Below, piece after piece: positions 18,668 through 27,282 of a DNA stretch of 64,000 nt. The DNA comes from an uncultured bacterium. GTDB lineage: Bacteria; Planctomycetota; UBA1135; GCA-002686595. Location of the stretch: assembly GCA_937910685.1 (NCBI GenBank), contig CALEMP010000021.1:53428-117427 (forward strand), in the 5' to 3' direction. Positions within the stretch are counted from its first letter, which is position 1. Each line of letters opens with the position of its first letter. The notes under the pieces are model-generated. The model searched no databases. It had not been told where the DNA came from and saw nothing but the letters and a program-made list of their open reading frames with translations. Position numbers and translations under genes: made by a program.

Positions 18668-19236
18668 TGAGCCATCTTCTTCACATCCTGAAACCACAAA
18701 GTAAAGCAGCTCAACGAGGGGCGGTACCTCTCTTGATGGAGTTTCAGGTACCCCCAGAGACGGCTCCTTACCTTGTGACTTCGACCAGAGGAGTGATGTG
18801 GATTGAGGAGCCCCACCCAAATGACGTGGTGAAGGCAGCTGTCAGACAGAGTGTCACCCCCGGTGAGGTCTACCAGGAGCTGGTCAAGGCGCTCATTACT
18901 CGTGGGCGGGATGACCAGTGGGGATCCGTTCACCCTCTCACCGTTGAAGGCGTTCAAGCTGCCATCGATCACGTCGAATATTATGAGCTGGGTGATGTGG
19001 AGGTGTTGGTACCCCACAAGCCCATTGCCAAAGGGAAACGGAAGCCCGCCGATCCCGTAACCCCACTGCTTACGGCAATGGGTCTTGGTTCCAGACCCAG
19101 TAGCTGGGTGCCCCCCAAACATATCCTGATCGTTCCCAAGGACCGAACCTTCGTTGGAGTGATGGCGACCTTTGGTAAAGGTCAGGTGCTCGCTGTCATC
19201 CATAACCCCGCCAGGGGAATTGCCATCGCTTGCTGA
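18667..19236 (+). CDS. hypothetical protein
   Basis: 189-aa ORF with start/stop coupling on both sides. Confidence 0.45.
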   Translation: MSHLLHILKPQSKAAQRGAVPLLMEFQVPPETAPYLVTSTRGVMWIEEPHPNDVVKAAVRQSVTPGEVYQELVKALITRGRDDQWGSVHPLTVEGVQAAIDHVEYYELGDVEVLVPHKPIAKGKRKPADPVTPLLTAMGLGSRPSSWVPPKHILIVPKDRTFVGVMATFGKGQVLAVIHNPARGIAIAC

Positions 19237-19943
19237 TGTGGCTAGTTGACCATCTCCTTAGCTGCACTCTGACTGAAGAGACCGAGGGCTACCTGTTAGG
19301 GCGGGGGGCACGGGGTTCTATCATCGAGGATATGGGGATCAAGACGTGGCAACCCTTGGCTGAGCCCTACGACCATCCCGATTGGAAGCGGTACGGACCT
19401 GAAGGTCGTGGAGAGTGGCTCACCGGGTGGGTGGTGTGGCCTTTGGTCGGTCCCACGGGTGCAGTCATAGGATTCACTGCTAGAAGTTTGACGCAGAAGA
19501 GGTTCACCCGCTGGTTGCTCCCTCAAGCTGCTTGGTCCCCCGTCTTCACAGGGTTGACTCATCGTATGATGGCTCGGATCTGGGCCGGGGCTGACATCTG
19601 GTTGGTAGAGGGGATCTTTGATCTCCTGGCTTTGCACTGGGCGGTGGAGGAGGGGGTGGTCCTTGCCACGGAGACTGCAAGGCTAAGTGACGTGCAGTTG
19701 GAGTTTCTTCGACGGTGGGCACGTGGATGGGTCTATGTCGCCTATGACAACGATGAGGCTGGGCGACGGGGCACTCATGGTTGGACGGATGAGGCAGGAC
19801 GTTCCCATTGGGGTGCAATTCGGAAGATGGAGAGGGTAGAACTAAGGTGCAGCCCGGTGAACTATCCTGGCAAGGATCCTGGTGACATTTGGAGTCTCCA
19901 GGGACGAGCCGGAATTCAGGCTGCCTTCACACAAGCAAGATAG
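19236..19943 (+). CDS. DnaG-like primase core / Toprim domain protein (no zinc finger)
   Basis: 'EGYLLGRGARGSIIEDMGIKTW' (DnaG core-like). Toprim Glu 'IWLVEGIFDLLAL' and DxD 'YVAYDNDEAGRRG'. ATG 19236 overlaps the upstream TGA. Confidence 0.65.
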   Translation: MWLVDHLLSCTLTEETEGYLLGRGARGSIIEDMGIKTWQPLAEPYDHPDWKRYGPEGRGEWLTGWVVWPLVGPTGAVIGFTARSLTQKRFTRWLLPQAAWSPVFTGLTHRMMARIWAGADIWLVEGIFDLLALHWAVEEGVVLATETARLSDVQLEFLRRWARGWVYVAYDNDEAGRRGTHGWTDEAGRSHWGAIRKMERVELRCSPVNYPGKDPGDIWSLQGRAGIQAAFTQAR

Positions 19944-19957
19944 AAGGAGTTGAGAGC

Positions 19958-20404
19958 ATGGAAGTTTGGAAAGCTGGTCCCGACGTGGAAGCAACAGTGA
20001 AGGATCTGGTCGCAAACCACTTCCCCGATCTGGCGTTGGTGGACGATGAGATCGCGGTGATTTTCCGGGAGAAGGCCACTACCAACGGTGATCACATCAT
20101 CGCGGGCAAGACGGCGAAGGCCCCATCGTTGTTGGGGATCCTGGGTGAGGTCGACTTCAAGTTCGTCATCACCATTGGTGCAGATCACTGGCAGACTCTG
20201 AATGACAAGGAACAGCGGGCATTGCTCTTCCATCACCTCTGCGGGTGTGGGGTGGAGGAGAACCCGCAGTCGGGTTTGATGCGCTGCTTCGTCAAGTTGC
20301 CCGACGTGGCTTTCTTCAAGCAGGAGGTCGAAGAGTTCGGCTTCTGGCGTAAGGGTGGCGGTGTTCCTGAAGACAACGTCATCATCGATCTGTTCGGTAC
20401 CTGA
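19958..20404 (+). CDS. hypothetical protein resembling phage putative-metallopeptidase domain with degenerate HExxH
   Basis: GAAGGAG precedes ATG 19958. 'DFKFVITIGADHWQTLNDKEQRALLFHHLCGCG...LPDVAFFKQEVEEFGFW' fits the family pattern, but 'HHLCG' replaces HELxH. Confidence 0.45.
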   Translation: MEVWKAGPDVEATVKDLVANHFPDLALVDDEIAVIFREKATTNGDHIIAGKTAKAPSLLGILGEVDFKFVITIGADHWQTLNDKEQRALLFHHLCGCGVEENPQSGLMRCFVKLPDVAFFKQEVEEFGFWRKGGGVPEDNVIIDLFGT

Positions 20405-20430
20405 CCAATCCCCGACAGTAGGAGGTTCCC

Positions 20431-21804
20431 ATTTCCTTCGACATCAAATATCGACCCCGGACCTACGGCGACGTTCTAGGACAGGATTCCACCATCCGCA
20501 TCTTGCGGGAGTTCGTTGCTTCCGGGCGTGGGCGTCAACAGTCCTACTTGCTCAGTGGTCAACATGGGTCCGGTAAGACCACCGTTGGCCGCATCCTCGC
20601 GCGTGCTTTGCTATGCGAAACTCCCGTGGAAGGGCACCCATGCGACAAGTGCGGCACTTGTGTGTCTATGTTGGAGGACGGCACCTCTGACGCTTTCGTG
20701 GAGGTGGATGCGGCAACCAACAGCGGTAAGGATGATGTCAAACGCATTACGGAGGAGATTCAGTACAGCACCTTCAGTGGGCGACACCGCATCTACCTGT
20801 TTGATGAGGCTCATCAGCTGAGTCCTGGCGCACTTGACGCACTCCTCAAACCGATGGAGGAGAACATCCACGGGTCGGATGACAAGAGTCTCGTGTGTAT
20901 CTTCTGCACGACGGAACCTGAGAGAATGCGGGCGACCGTCCTGTCTCGATGCGCTCCCGCGTTCCGTATCCAGACTATGAGCCCGGAGGCCATCGCTGAA
21001 CGTCTTCAGTTCGTGTGTGAGCAGGAAGGTCTGACCTTTGAAGCGGACGTCCTCCCCCTGATTGCGGAGATCACGGAGTGTCACGTTCGGGATGCCCTCA
21101 AGGCCATTGAGGGCGTCTCCATGTTGGGGGCACTCAATCGGGAGAATGTTTCGGCGTATCTCCACCTTGACCTCAATGCACTCTACATTGACCTGCTCCA
21201 GGCTATCGGGTCAGATGGTAAGGCTGTCATCGATTTGGCCAATCAGCTCTTGAAGAAGGTGTCCCCGCTGACCTGTTATGGGCGTTTGGCTGAACTGGCC
21301 ATGGTGGGTTATCAGATGCACCTGGGGGTCACTCGGGTGGAGTCCTTCCTGAATAAGGAACGGATGGCGCATTTGGCCACCAAGGGTGAGACCCTGTTGG
21401 GATACGTTTCACGTTTTGCCTCCCGCCCAGGTCGCCCCACTAGCAGTATGCTCCTCTGTGACATCTCCTATCTGCATCGATTCGGAGGTGCGGTGGGTGA
21501 GTTGAGCGACAAAGTTGTGGTGCAGGTGAACGCTTCCTCAACGGTTGCCCTGAGATCCTCAGAGGTTCCTGCGTCCGTTGGATCTCCTGTAGCTGTGATG
21601 GGTAAGGTGGAGCTTCAGGTGGTAGAAGAGCCTTACCGTATCTCTGAGCGGGCGGTCTTCAATCCATCGTTGAGTCCGAAAGCCAAAGAGGGGAGGAATA
21701 CATTGGACTCCCCAATGTTCTGTTTCCTCCTGGGAACCCGACTTCGTGAGCTGGGTGGAGCTGACCGTGGACAAGCGAGACACTCAGGCGTGGGTAGCCC
21801 TTGA
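20431..21804 (+). CDS. dnaX: DNA polymerase III gamma/tau-like clamp loader ATPase
   Basis: 'KYRPRTYGDVLGQ', Walker A 'GQHGSGKTTVGRILARALLCE', zinc module 'CDKCGTCVSM', Walker B 'IYLFDEAHQLS', 'FCTTEP', 'LSRC'. The conserved N-terminal box lies upstream of the first canonical start (TTG 20503). ATT 20431 lies 5 nt after AGGAGG. Confidence 0.8.
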   Translation: MSFDIKYRPRTYGDVLGQDSTIRILREFVASGRGRQQSYLLSGQHGSGKTTVGRILARALLCETPVEGHPCDKCGTCVSMLEDGTSDAFVEVDAATNSGKDDVKRITEEIQYSTFSGRHRIYLFDEAHQLSPGALDALLKPMEENIHGSDDKSLVCIFCTTEPERMRATVLSRCAPAFRIQTMSPEAIAERLQFVCEQEGLTFEADVLPLIAEITECHVRDALKAIEGVSMLGALNRENVSAYLHLDLNALYIDLLQAIGSDGKAVIDLANQLLKKVSPLTCYGRLAELAMVGYQMHLGVTRVESFLNKERMAHLATKGETLLGYVSRFASRPGRPTSSMLLCDISYLHRFGGAVGELSDKVVVQVNASSTVALRSSEVPASVGSPVAVMGKVELQVVEEPYRISERAVFNPSLSPKAKEGRNTLDSPMFCFLLGTRLRELGGADRGQARHSGVGSP

Positions 21805-22312
21805 GCTGACCAAGATCGGTGAGATCAAGATCGAGGACGGTACGCTGGAGGCATCACTTCGGCGTGATCTAGGAGGGGATAAGAAGCACCCCATCTTCAT
21901 TCCTGCCACGTCGTACACCAAAGGTCGAAGACGCATCACCGTTCACTTGATGGAGGGCTATATCTTCATCGGGGCCGGTCTGGATGAGGTGGCCTACTTC
22001 GCGTTAGAGCGCCAACCCTACATCCATCAGGTGATGTCCACCGAGTCTGGACACCACCTACGCGCCCTGTACGTCGTTCCCAACAGTCATATTGAATCGC
22101 TCCGTCTGCAGCTTCGGAAAATGGTGGTCTCGGATGTCAGTCCTGGAACTCGGGTAGATGTTGTTGATGGAACCTACAGAGGGCTTGACGGGGTCGTTGG
22201 TTGTGTGGAAGGTGAGTTCGCATTCGTGGATATCAAGCTGCGGTCACTCAAGGTGATTGCCACGATCCCCCAGATCTTCCTGGAGATTCAGGAAGAAGAG
22301 ACGGTAGATTAG
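21746..22312 (+). CDS. NusG/RfaH-like protein (NGN + KOW)
   Basis: 'AWVALELTKIGE', 'LMEGYIFIGAG' (NGN-like), KOW 'GTRVDVVDGTYRGLDGVVGCVEGEFAFVDI'. The start is uncertain and overlaps the dnaX 3' end. Confidence 0.6.
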   Translation: MSWVELTVDKRDTQAWVALELTKIGEIKIEDGTLEASLRRDLGGDKKHPIFIPATSYTKGRRRITVHLMEGYIFIGAGLDEVAYFALERQPYIHQVMSTESGHHLRALYVVPNSHIESLRLQLRKMVVSDVSPGTRVDVVDGTYRGLDGVVGCVEGEFAFVDIKLRSLKVIATIPQIFLEIQEEETVD

Positions 22313-22391
22313 CTTCTGTCGTTTCAACGGGTAGACTCCCGCTGGCGTACTATTTGGGCTGTTTGAGCTGAACCCCTTTCGTGGGAAGTTC

Positions 22392-23426
22392 ATGGCCTGG
22401 ATGGGATACCACATGTCAGATCCAAACGACATCGAGACTAGATTCTCGGTTGAAGATGGCATGGCTTATATGGATTCGGTCTTCACCGAGCCCTCCAATG
22501 AGGACTTGGCTCAGATTGACCGGATCAAAGACGTCCTTGATCAGCTTCCCCCACGGGAAGCTGATTTCGTTGACCTCTACTACTTCCGCAAGCTCAAGCA
22601 GACAGACATAGCCCGGATATTTGGGGTGTCCCAACCTACCGTGTGCTATCGGCTTCAACGAGCCACCGCTCGTGTTCAGTTCCTGCTCCAACTACCGAAG
22701 GTCGACAAGTCTCGACTGGAGGTGGCCATGAGCTTTCTCCCTGATCCCCTCGATGCAGAGATCATGGTCCTCATGTGGGAGACCACGTGTCAGAGCGCGG
22801 TGGCCAAGAGGTTGGGGGTGTCCCAGGGCTTAGTTCGGCATCGATTCTTTCGGACTATAAATTGGATGCACGGGTGTGCCGAGACCTTGAAGTTCCTGAT
22901 GTCCGGGGAGCAAGGACTCCACCCCGCCGATGTTATGGCTGATGTGCTCGACCCAGAAGAACGAGATCAAAAGATCCGACGCGCATTGAACCGGCTGCCT
23001 GACATCGAGGCGCAGGTCTTGGACATGCACTATCTACAGGGGTGCACCGCTGGGAAAATCGCCTCTGAGTTAGGTATCTCAGCGACTGATGTCTCACACC
23101 TCCTTCGTCGGGCGTCTATCCATTTCCTGGCTCGTGCAAGGATGCCAAAGGTTACTCGTAACCGACTCTTGGCAGCCATGCGGGGATTGTTGGACGACCC
23201 CCTGGATGCCGAGGTGGTCATCGGGATGTGGGAGCATGTATGCCCAGAGGTCACCGCAAAGGTGGTTGGGCTTCACCCTAGTGAAGTGGTGGACCGGTTC
23301 TGCGATGCAGTGGAGACCGTGGCGGGGTATGCCCTGATGTTCACCTTCATCTCGGACAACTTGAACATCCTCCGTGAGGTTCGTAGGCCCACCTGGGACC
23401 ACAGAGTGACCCACTCTGTGGACTGA
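22392..23426 (+). CDS. protein built from a tandem duplication of a sigma-70 region-4-like HTH module (no region 2)
   Basis: Copy 1: 'LPPREADFVDLYYFRKLKQTDIARIFGVSQPTVCYRLQRATARVQFL...LPDPLDAEIMVLMWETTCQSAVAKRLGVSQGLVRHRF'. Copy 2: 'LPDIEAQVLDMHYLQGCTAGKIASELGISATDVSHLLRRASIHFLA...LDDPLDAEVVIGMWEHVCPEVTAKVVGLHPSEVVDRF'. Confidence 0.6.
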   Translation: MAWMGYHMSDPNDIETRFSVEDGMAYMDSVFTEPSNEDLAQIDRIKDVLDQLPPREADFVDLYYFRKLKQTDIARIFGVSQPTVCYRLQRATARVQFLLQLPKVDKSRLEVAMSFLPDPLDAEIMVLMWETTCQSAVAKRLGVSQGLVRHRFFRTINWMHGCAETLKFLMSGEQGLHPADVMADVLDPEERDQKIRRALNRLPDIEAQVLDMHYLQGCTAGKIASELGISATDVSHLLRRASIHFLARARMPKVTRNRLLAAMRGLLDDPLDAEVVIGMWEHVCPEVTAKVVGLHPSEVVDRFCDAVETVAGYALMFTFISDNLNILREVRRPTWDHRVTHSVD

Positions 23427-23477
23427 TTTTTTGTCGACGGTAGCTCCCCTATAACTACGCTCCGATAGCAGGAGCAT

Positions 23478-23792
23478 ATGTCGAAGGAGGAACATCAGCG
23501 CAGAGTCGTGATGGAGAGGCGGGTCGCCAAGCGGTGGATCATGCGCCTAGCCCAAGAGCAACATTCGGTAACGGTGTTGTATCAGGCTAAGGAGAGCGGT
23601 CAGCGCACGGCGAATTTCATCCGTGCCTTCCGTGATGGGAAGGCAGCGGTGAAGGGTGTCCCCACCATCCCGGACCTGGGCATCGATGAGTCCTTTGACG
23701 GCTTGCACCTGTGGTCGAGTGACCGTGAAGCATTGGCCCGCCTCGCGACCTGGTTCGAGAAGCGTGGTTACGAAACAACTGGAGTCTGGTAG
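23478..23792 (+). CDS. hypothetical protein
   Basis: 104 aa. The N-terminus carries 'RRVAKRWIMR' (the recurrent motif). Confidence 0.5.
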   Translation: MSKEEHQRRVVMERRVAKRWIMRLAQEQHSVTVLYQAKESGQRTANFIRAFRDGKAAVKGVPTIPDLGIDESFDGLHLWSSDREALARLATWFEKRGYETTGVW

Positions 23793-23812
23793 CCACCAGA
23801 AGGAGACGAAAC

Positions 23813-24214
23813 ATGAGCCGACGATCTGAAGCCCTTCTTCGCCGTGAGTTGATTCGCGTCGCCCACGCGAACCCGGACACCCGTGTCCATCTGCTCCCCA
23901 TCATTCGCAAGCACGCCGACCTGGACGACGTCTTCTCCAATGACGAGTTGATGGGGTTTGAGGATGACCTCATGGCTCGTGAGTGGGGCAAAGCGATCCA
24001 CCGTAAGATCCTTGACAATGAGAAGGGGATCATCGGGCCTCCCACTGGAACCCGTGGTAACCCCAGTGGAGCGTATGGCAAATACAAGAGCCACCCGAAC
24101 AGCCCGGATGCTGGAGCGGATGGCTCCCCACAACGGAAAAAGTACAATGAGTGGTACCGCAAGACCATCTGCCCAGACAAGGGTGGCTGCGGTGCTCCCT
24201 GGCTGGCCAAGTAG
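23813..24214 (+). CDS. hypothetical protein
   Basis: 133-aa ORF. GGAGACGAAAC precedes the ATG. Confidence 0.5.
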   Translation: MSRRSEALLRRELIRVAHANPDTRVHLLPIIRKHADLDDVFSNDELMGFEDDLMAREWGKAIHRKILDNEKGIIGPPTGTRGNPSGAYGKYKSHPNSPDAGADGSPQRKKYNEWYRKTICPDKGGCGAPWLAK

Positions 24215-24226
24215 GTTTAGGAGCGG

Positions 24227-24910
24227 ATGGCCCTTGCACGCCAGCAGTCTGTCTTCACATACTCGTCCTCGTCGGGTGGGCAGGTGTATCTGTTCGACGT
24301 GGTCGTGGACGGACAACTGTTGGTTCAGGCAAGGAACTTCCGCACTCCCTACGGTCTGATTGACGCCCTCACGGGGCTACCTAGACAGGTCATTCAAGAT
24401 GTGGAGGATGCCACCGAAGAGGTTGGTGTCCTGGTTGGTGGGGTTCAGGTCGAGTCCGGGAATGCCTCCTTCAACGGAGTCACCTCCGTCGCGGTGACCA
24501 TTGCCGATGGCATCCTCAACAACACCAACTACGTTGTCAAACTGACCACCTCAGATGGGGTTCAGTTACGGATCACGTCCAAGACCACTACAGGGTTCAA
24601 CATAGAAGCTGCTTCCACCTATGGTACTGAAGAAGTCCCCATCACGGTGGGGTACAGTGTTCTCGTTGCAGCAGGTCAGAGCAGCGCCTATCGAGGCAGT
24701 CTGACCTTTGAATTTGCAGATGGGGGAGCCAAGTCGGTGACTTTTGCTTCTGCTATGCCCACCGCCACCTATCAGGTAGGCTTGTTTCCAGCTGGTTTCT
24801 ATCAAGCTGCCCTAACCGCAAAATCCAAGACTGGTTTCACCGTGACTCTGGGTCATGGGCTAGCAGATGATGGCTCCACAGCAGTGGTAGCCTACGAGGT
24901 ATTCGTATGA
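24227..24910 (+). CDS. putative tail fibre/receptor-binding protein with two H-type-lectin-like repeats
   Basis: Repeats at aa 76-146 and 155-227 share 'V(T/A)F...Y.V.L.......SKT(T)TGF.(I/V)'. The same module ends the 25460 protein. Confidence 0.5.
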   Translation: MALARQQSVFTYSSSSGGQVYLFDVVVDGQLLVQARNFRTPYGLIDALTGLPRQVIQDVEDATEEVGVLVGGVQVESGNASFNGVTSVAVTIADGILNNTNYVVKLTTSDGVQLRITSKTTTGFNIEAASTYGTEEVPITVGYSVLVAAGQSSAYRGSLTFEFADGGAKSVTFASAMPTATYQVGLFPAGFYQAALTAKSKTGFTVTLGHGLADDGSTAVVAYEVFV

Positions 24911-25218
24911 CGGACCCACTGGAGAGGCTAGCTGCTCTCTCACGCACGTCCGGGCTGGGTGGCATCTTCGCCATCAAGAACGACGTCGAGTTCATTTGGA
25001 ACCCCTTCAACCAGAACCTGCAAATTGGCATGGGTGGTGAGTGGTGGACTGGGGACATCCCCAAACCAGGCACGCACGTCTTCCACCATCGCAAGGAGCG
25101 GGTGGACGATGGTTACCGTCCGGTTACAGTTCGGGTCAGTCTGGAAGGACATTCCCTCATGTTTGCCGTGGGTGGTGGCTTCGGGTCAGGGGCAACCTTT
25201 ACCGTGGGAGTTCTGTGA
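24907..25218 (+). CDS. hypothetical protein
   Basis: 103-aa ORF coupled on both sides. Confidence 0.5.
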   Translation: MTDPLERLAALSRTSGLGGIFAIKNDVEFIWNPFNQNLQIGMGGEWWTGDIPKPGTHVFHHRKERVDDGYRPVTVRVSLEGHSLMFAVGGGFGSGATFTVGVL

Positions 25219-25445
25219 TGTATCCACTCAAGAAACTCGCCAAGCTGGCAAGTCCCCGCGTCACGCTCAACACATCAGATGTGCGTGAAGCATCCTATAA
25301 GGTGGGTGATGGATTGGAAGCCCTGGACACGGCGGCTCAAACCCATCTGGCGGGTGACAAGGTTGCCCTGAAGTTCGTGGCCGACCTCAAGAAGGCCCAC
25401 AGCGACTTCTACAGGCATCTTGACAGACACTACAACTGGGATTGA
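25218..25445 (+). CDS. hypothetical small protein
   Basis: ATG 25218 overlaps the upstream TGA. 75 aa, 'MYPLKKLAKLASPRV...'. Confidence 0.45.
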   Translation: MYPLKKLAKLASPRVTLNTSDVREASYKVGDGLEALDTAAQTHLAGDKVALKFVADLKKAHSDFYRHLDRHYNWD

Positions 25446-25459
25446 GAGGCTAGAAGACC

Positions 25460-26725
25460 GTGCCACAACCACCCATCCTCGCGGACCAGCTTCAAATCGA
25501 ACCAGGCTCATCAGGGTCTCGCTTGGTACGCCGTGCTGCTGATGGGTCGTTGGAGTTTGTAGACCCTCTCAACCCTTCCGGCATCACGGTCAGTCAACTT
25601 GCGGGGTTGCAGGCAGTCACCAACGTCTCGGTGGTGGGCAAGGCGGGGACAGGGGCACAATACACAACGGTGCAGGCGGCACTCAATGCGGTGCCTGCCA
25701 ACTCTACACGAATCAACCCCTATCTCATCCTGGTCATGCCAGGGGTCTATACCGAAGACCTGACCGTCAATCGGGACGGGGTTCACATCATCGGGATTGG
25801 ACGACCAATTCTTCAGTCCGCCCTGGAAGCAACACCAAATGCGGTTGGGAATGCCCATACGCTGACGGTTGCAGCAGGGGAGGGCACAATCCCCCTGACG
25901 GTCCATCTTGAGAACTTCACCATCACCAATGCACACGATGACAAAGCCGCTGTGCGCGTTGTGGGTGGGGCGGCAAGCACATTGCTTACGGATGGTCTGC
26001 GTCTTCGCAACTGCTTCCTGGAGGGCAATGCAGCGGGCGGTAACTACCCTCTGTGGGCATCCACGGCTGGTGCAGTCTTTCTCAACGATTGTAGTTGCAC
26101 CGGGGCCAACAATCTTGAGACGGTACTCATCGAGGAGATGTCCTCCTGTGTTCTGAAAGCTGTGGCCATGGCCTCAGCTTTCAGCTTCCGATACGAGGTG
26201 GGCCAGCCCGAGCCATCTGGTGGGCCTGGGTACCTCTACATCGCACGGTGTACAGATTTCGGGGTGGACACCAACCTGATTCCAGCCGTGAGCATCGACT
26301 GTGATGGTGATGGGACTTCTGAGCTGCGTCAGGTGACGATGTCTCTTGCTTCCCGCATTCAATACAGTGGGGGCGAGTCCCATTCTGCAGAGGACTGCTC
26401 GTTGGGGGTGCTTTCCCTGTTGGAGACACCAACTCTCCTGGCCTCCAAGACCCGGTTCCAATCCATCCTCGCTGCCAATGCCAATGCAAAGCTTCAGCGG
26501 GATGTCATCACGGGTACGGCTGTGTTCGCGGGGGATGCTACAAAGGCGGTGACCTTTGATGTGCCCTTGCAGACGGGGAACACCTACGATGTGCAGGTCG
26601 AGTTGCCAAGCCGCCCCGTCAATGATGAGACGGCGTGGGTCACCGGCAAAACGACGACGGGTTTCAGCATCAACTTTCAGACAGCCCAGACCTTCACGGT
26701 AGGCTGGCGGATCACGAGGGCCTGA
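25460..26725 (+). CDS. putative tailspike: right-handed beta-helix (pectin-lyase-like) plus C-terminal H-type-lectin-like domain
   Basis: 'AQYTTVQAALNAVPANS...YLILVMPGVYTEDLTVNRDGVHIIG' resembles pectinesterase/pectate-lyase-fold starts. The C-terminus is 'AVTFDVPLQTGNTYDVQVE...GKTTTGFSINFQ...VGWRI'. Confidence 0.55.
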   Translation: MPQPPILADQLQIEPGSSGSRLVRRAADGSLEFVDPLNPSGITVSQLAGLQAVTNVSVVGKAGTGAQYTTVQAALNAVPANSTRINPYLILVMPGVYTEDLTVNRDGVHIIGIGRPILQSALEATPNAVGNAHTLTVAAGEGTIPLTVHLENFTITNAHDDKAAVRVVGGAASTLLTDGLRLRNCFLEGNAAGGNYPLWASTAGAVFLNDCSCTGANNLETVLIEEMSSCVLKAVAMASAFSFRYEVGQPEPSGGPGYLYIARCTDFGVDTNLIPAVSIDCDGDGTSELRQVTMSLASRIQYSGGESHSAEDCSLGVLSLLETPTLLASKTRFQSILAANANAKLQRDVITGTAVFAGDATKAVTFDVPLQTGNTYDVQVELPSRPVNDETAWVTGKTTTGFSINFQTAQTFTVGWRITRA

Positions 26726-26727
26726 CC

Positions 26728-27282
26728 ATGAGCGATTTCGATCTTACCACCATGTTCAGTGCCCCTTCGGTCATCGATCAGGTGCTCAACCCCGAGGAGG
26801 CTCGTGGTAAGCAGGCCACCTCAGTGCGTGACCTCACGGATAGGGGTCGTGCTGCCAACGCTTTCCCTTTGGCACAGGCTATTGCGGGTACCCGTGTATC
26901 CTTCCTTGCCAACATCGGCAGTGTGTTGTCCTACGAGCGCATCCCTGGTGAAGGGGTTGAGGGCACCGTTGTTACGGTGAGGACAGCGGACGGGGATGCC
27001 ACGGTCTGGGACAACCGGGTGATGGTGTCCTGGGATGATGGCTTGTTCCTCCCTGCACACCCAGAGCATCTTCGCCTGGGAAAAACGGTCATGCGAAAAG
27101 CCAACGCCTTTCGCATGGTGCTCAGTGACCTGGGGAACCTGGACAGTTTCTTCGGTACCCGTACCGGTGGGGACGAGTTGATCCACAAGGCAACCAAGGA
27201 TTTGTGGTCCTTCCGGCAGGAGGGAGGGAGCTACGTGATTGAGCGCCTCTTCGACACCGATGGTAAACCTCTCAAGGTGTGA
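26728..27282 (+). CDS. hypothetical protein
   Basis: ATG 26728 lies just after the upstream stop. 184 aa. Confidence 0.5.
   Translation: MSDFDLTTMFSAPSVIDQVLNPEEARGKQATSVRDLTDRGRAANAFPLAQAIAGTRVSFLANIGSVLSYERIPGEGVEGTVVTVRTADGDATVWDNRVMVSWDDGLFLPAHPEHLRLGKTVMRKANAFRMVLSDLGNLDSFFGTRTGGDELIHKATKDLWSFRQEGGSYVIERLFDTDGKPLKV

Noticed and set aside
20503-21804. Programmed -1 frameshift (tau/gamma) in the dnaX homologue
   Set aside because: I saw no A-AAA-AAG-type slippery heptamer, and no downstream hairpin in the appropriate region.
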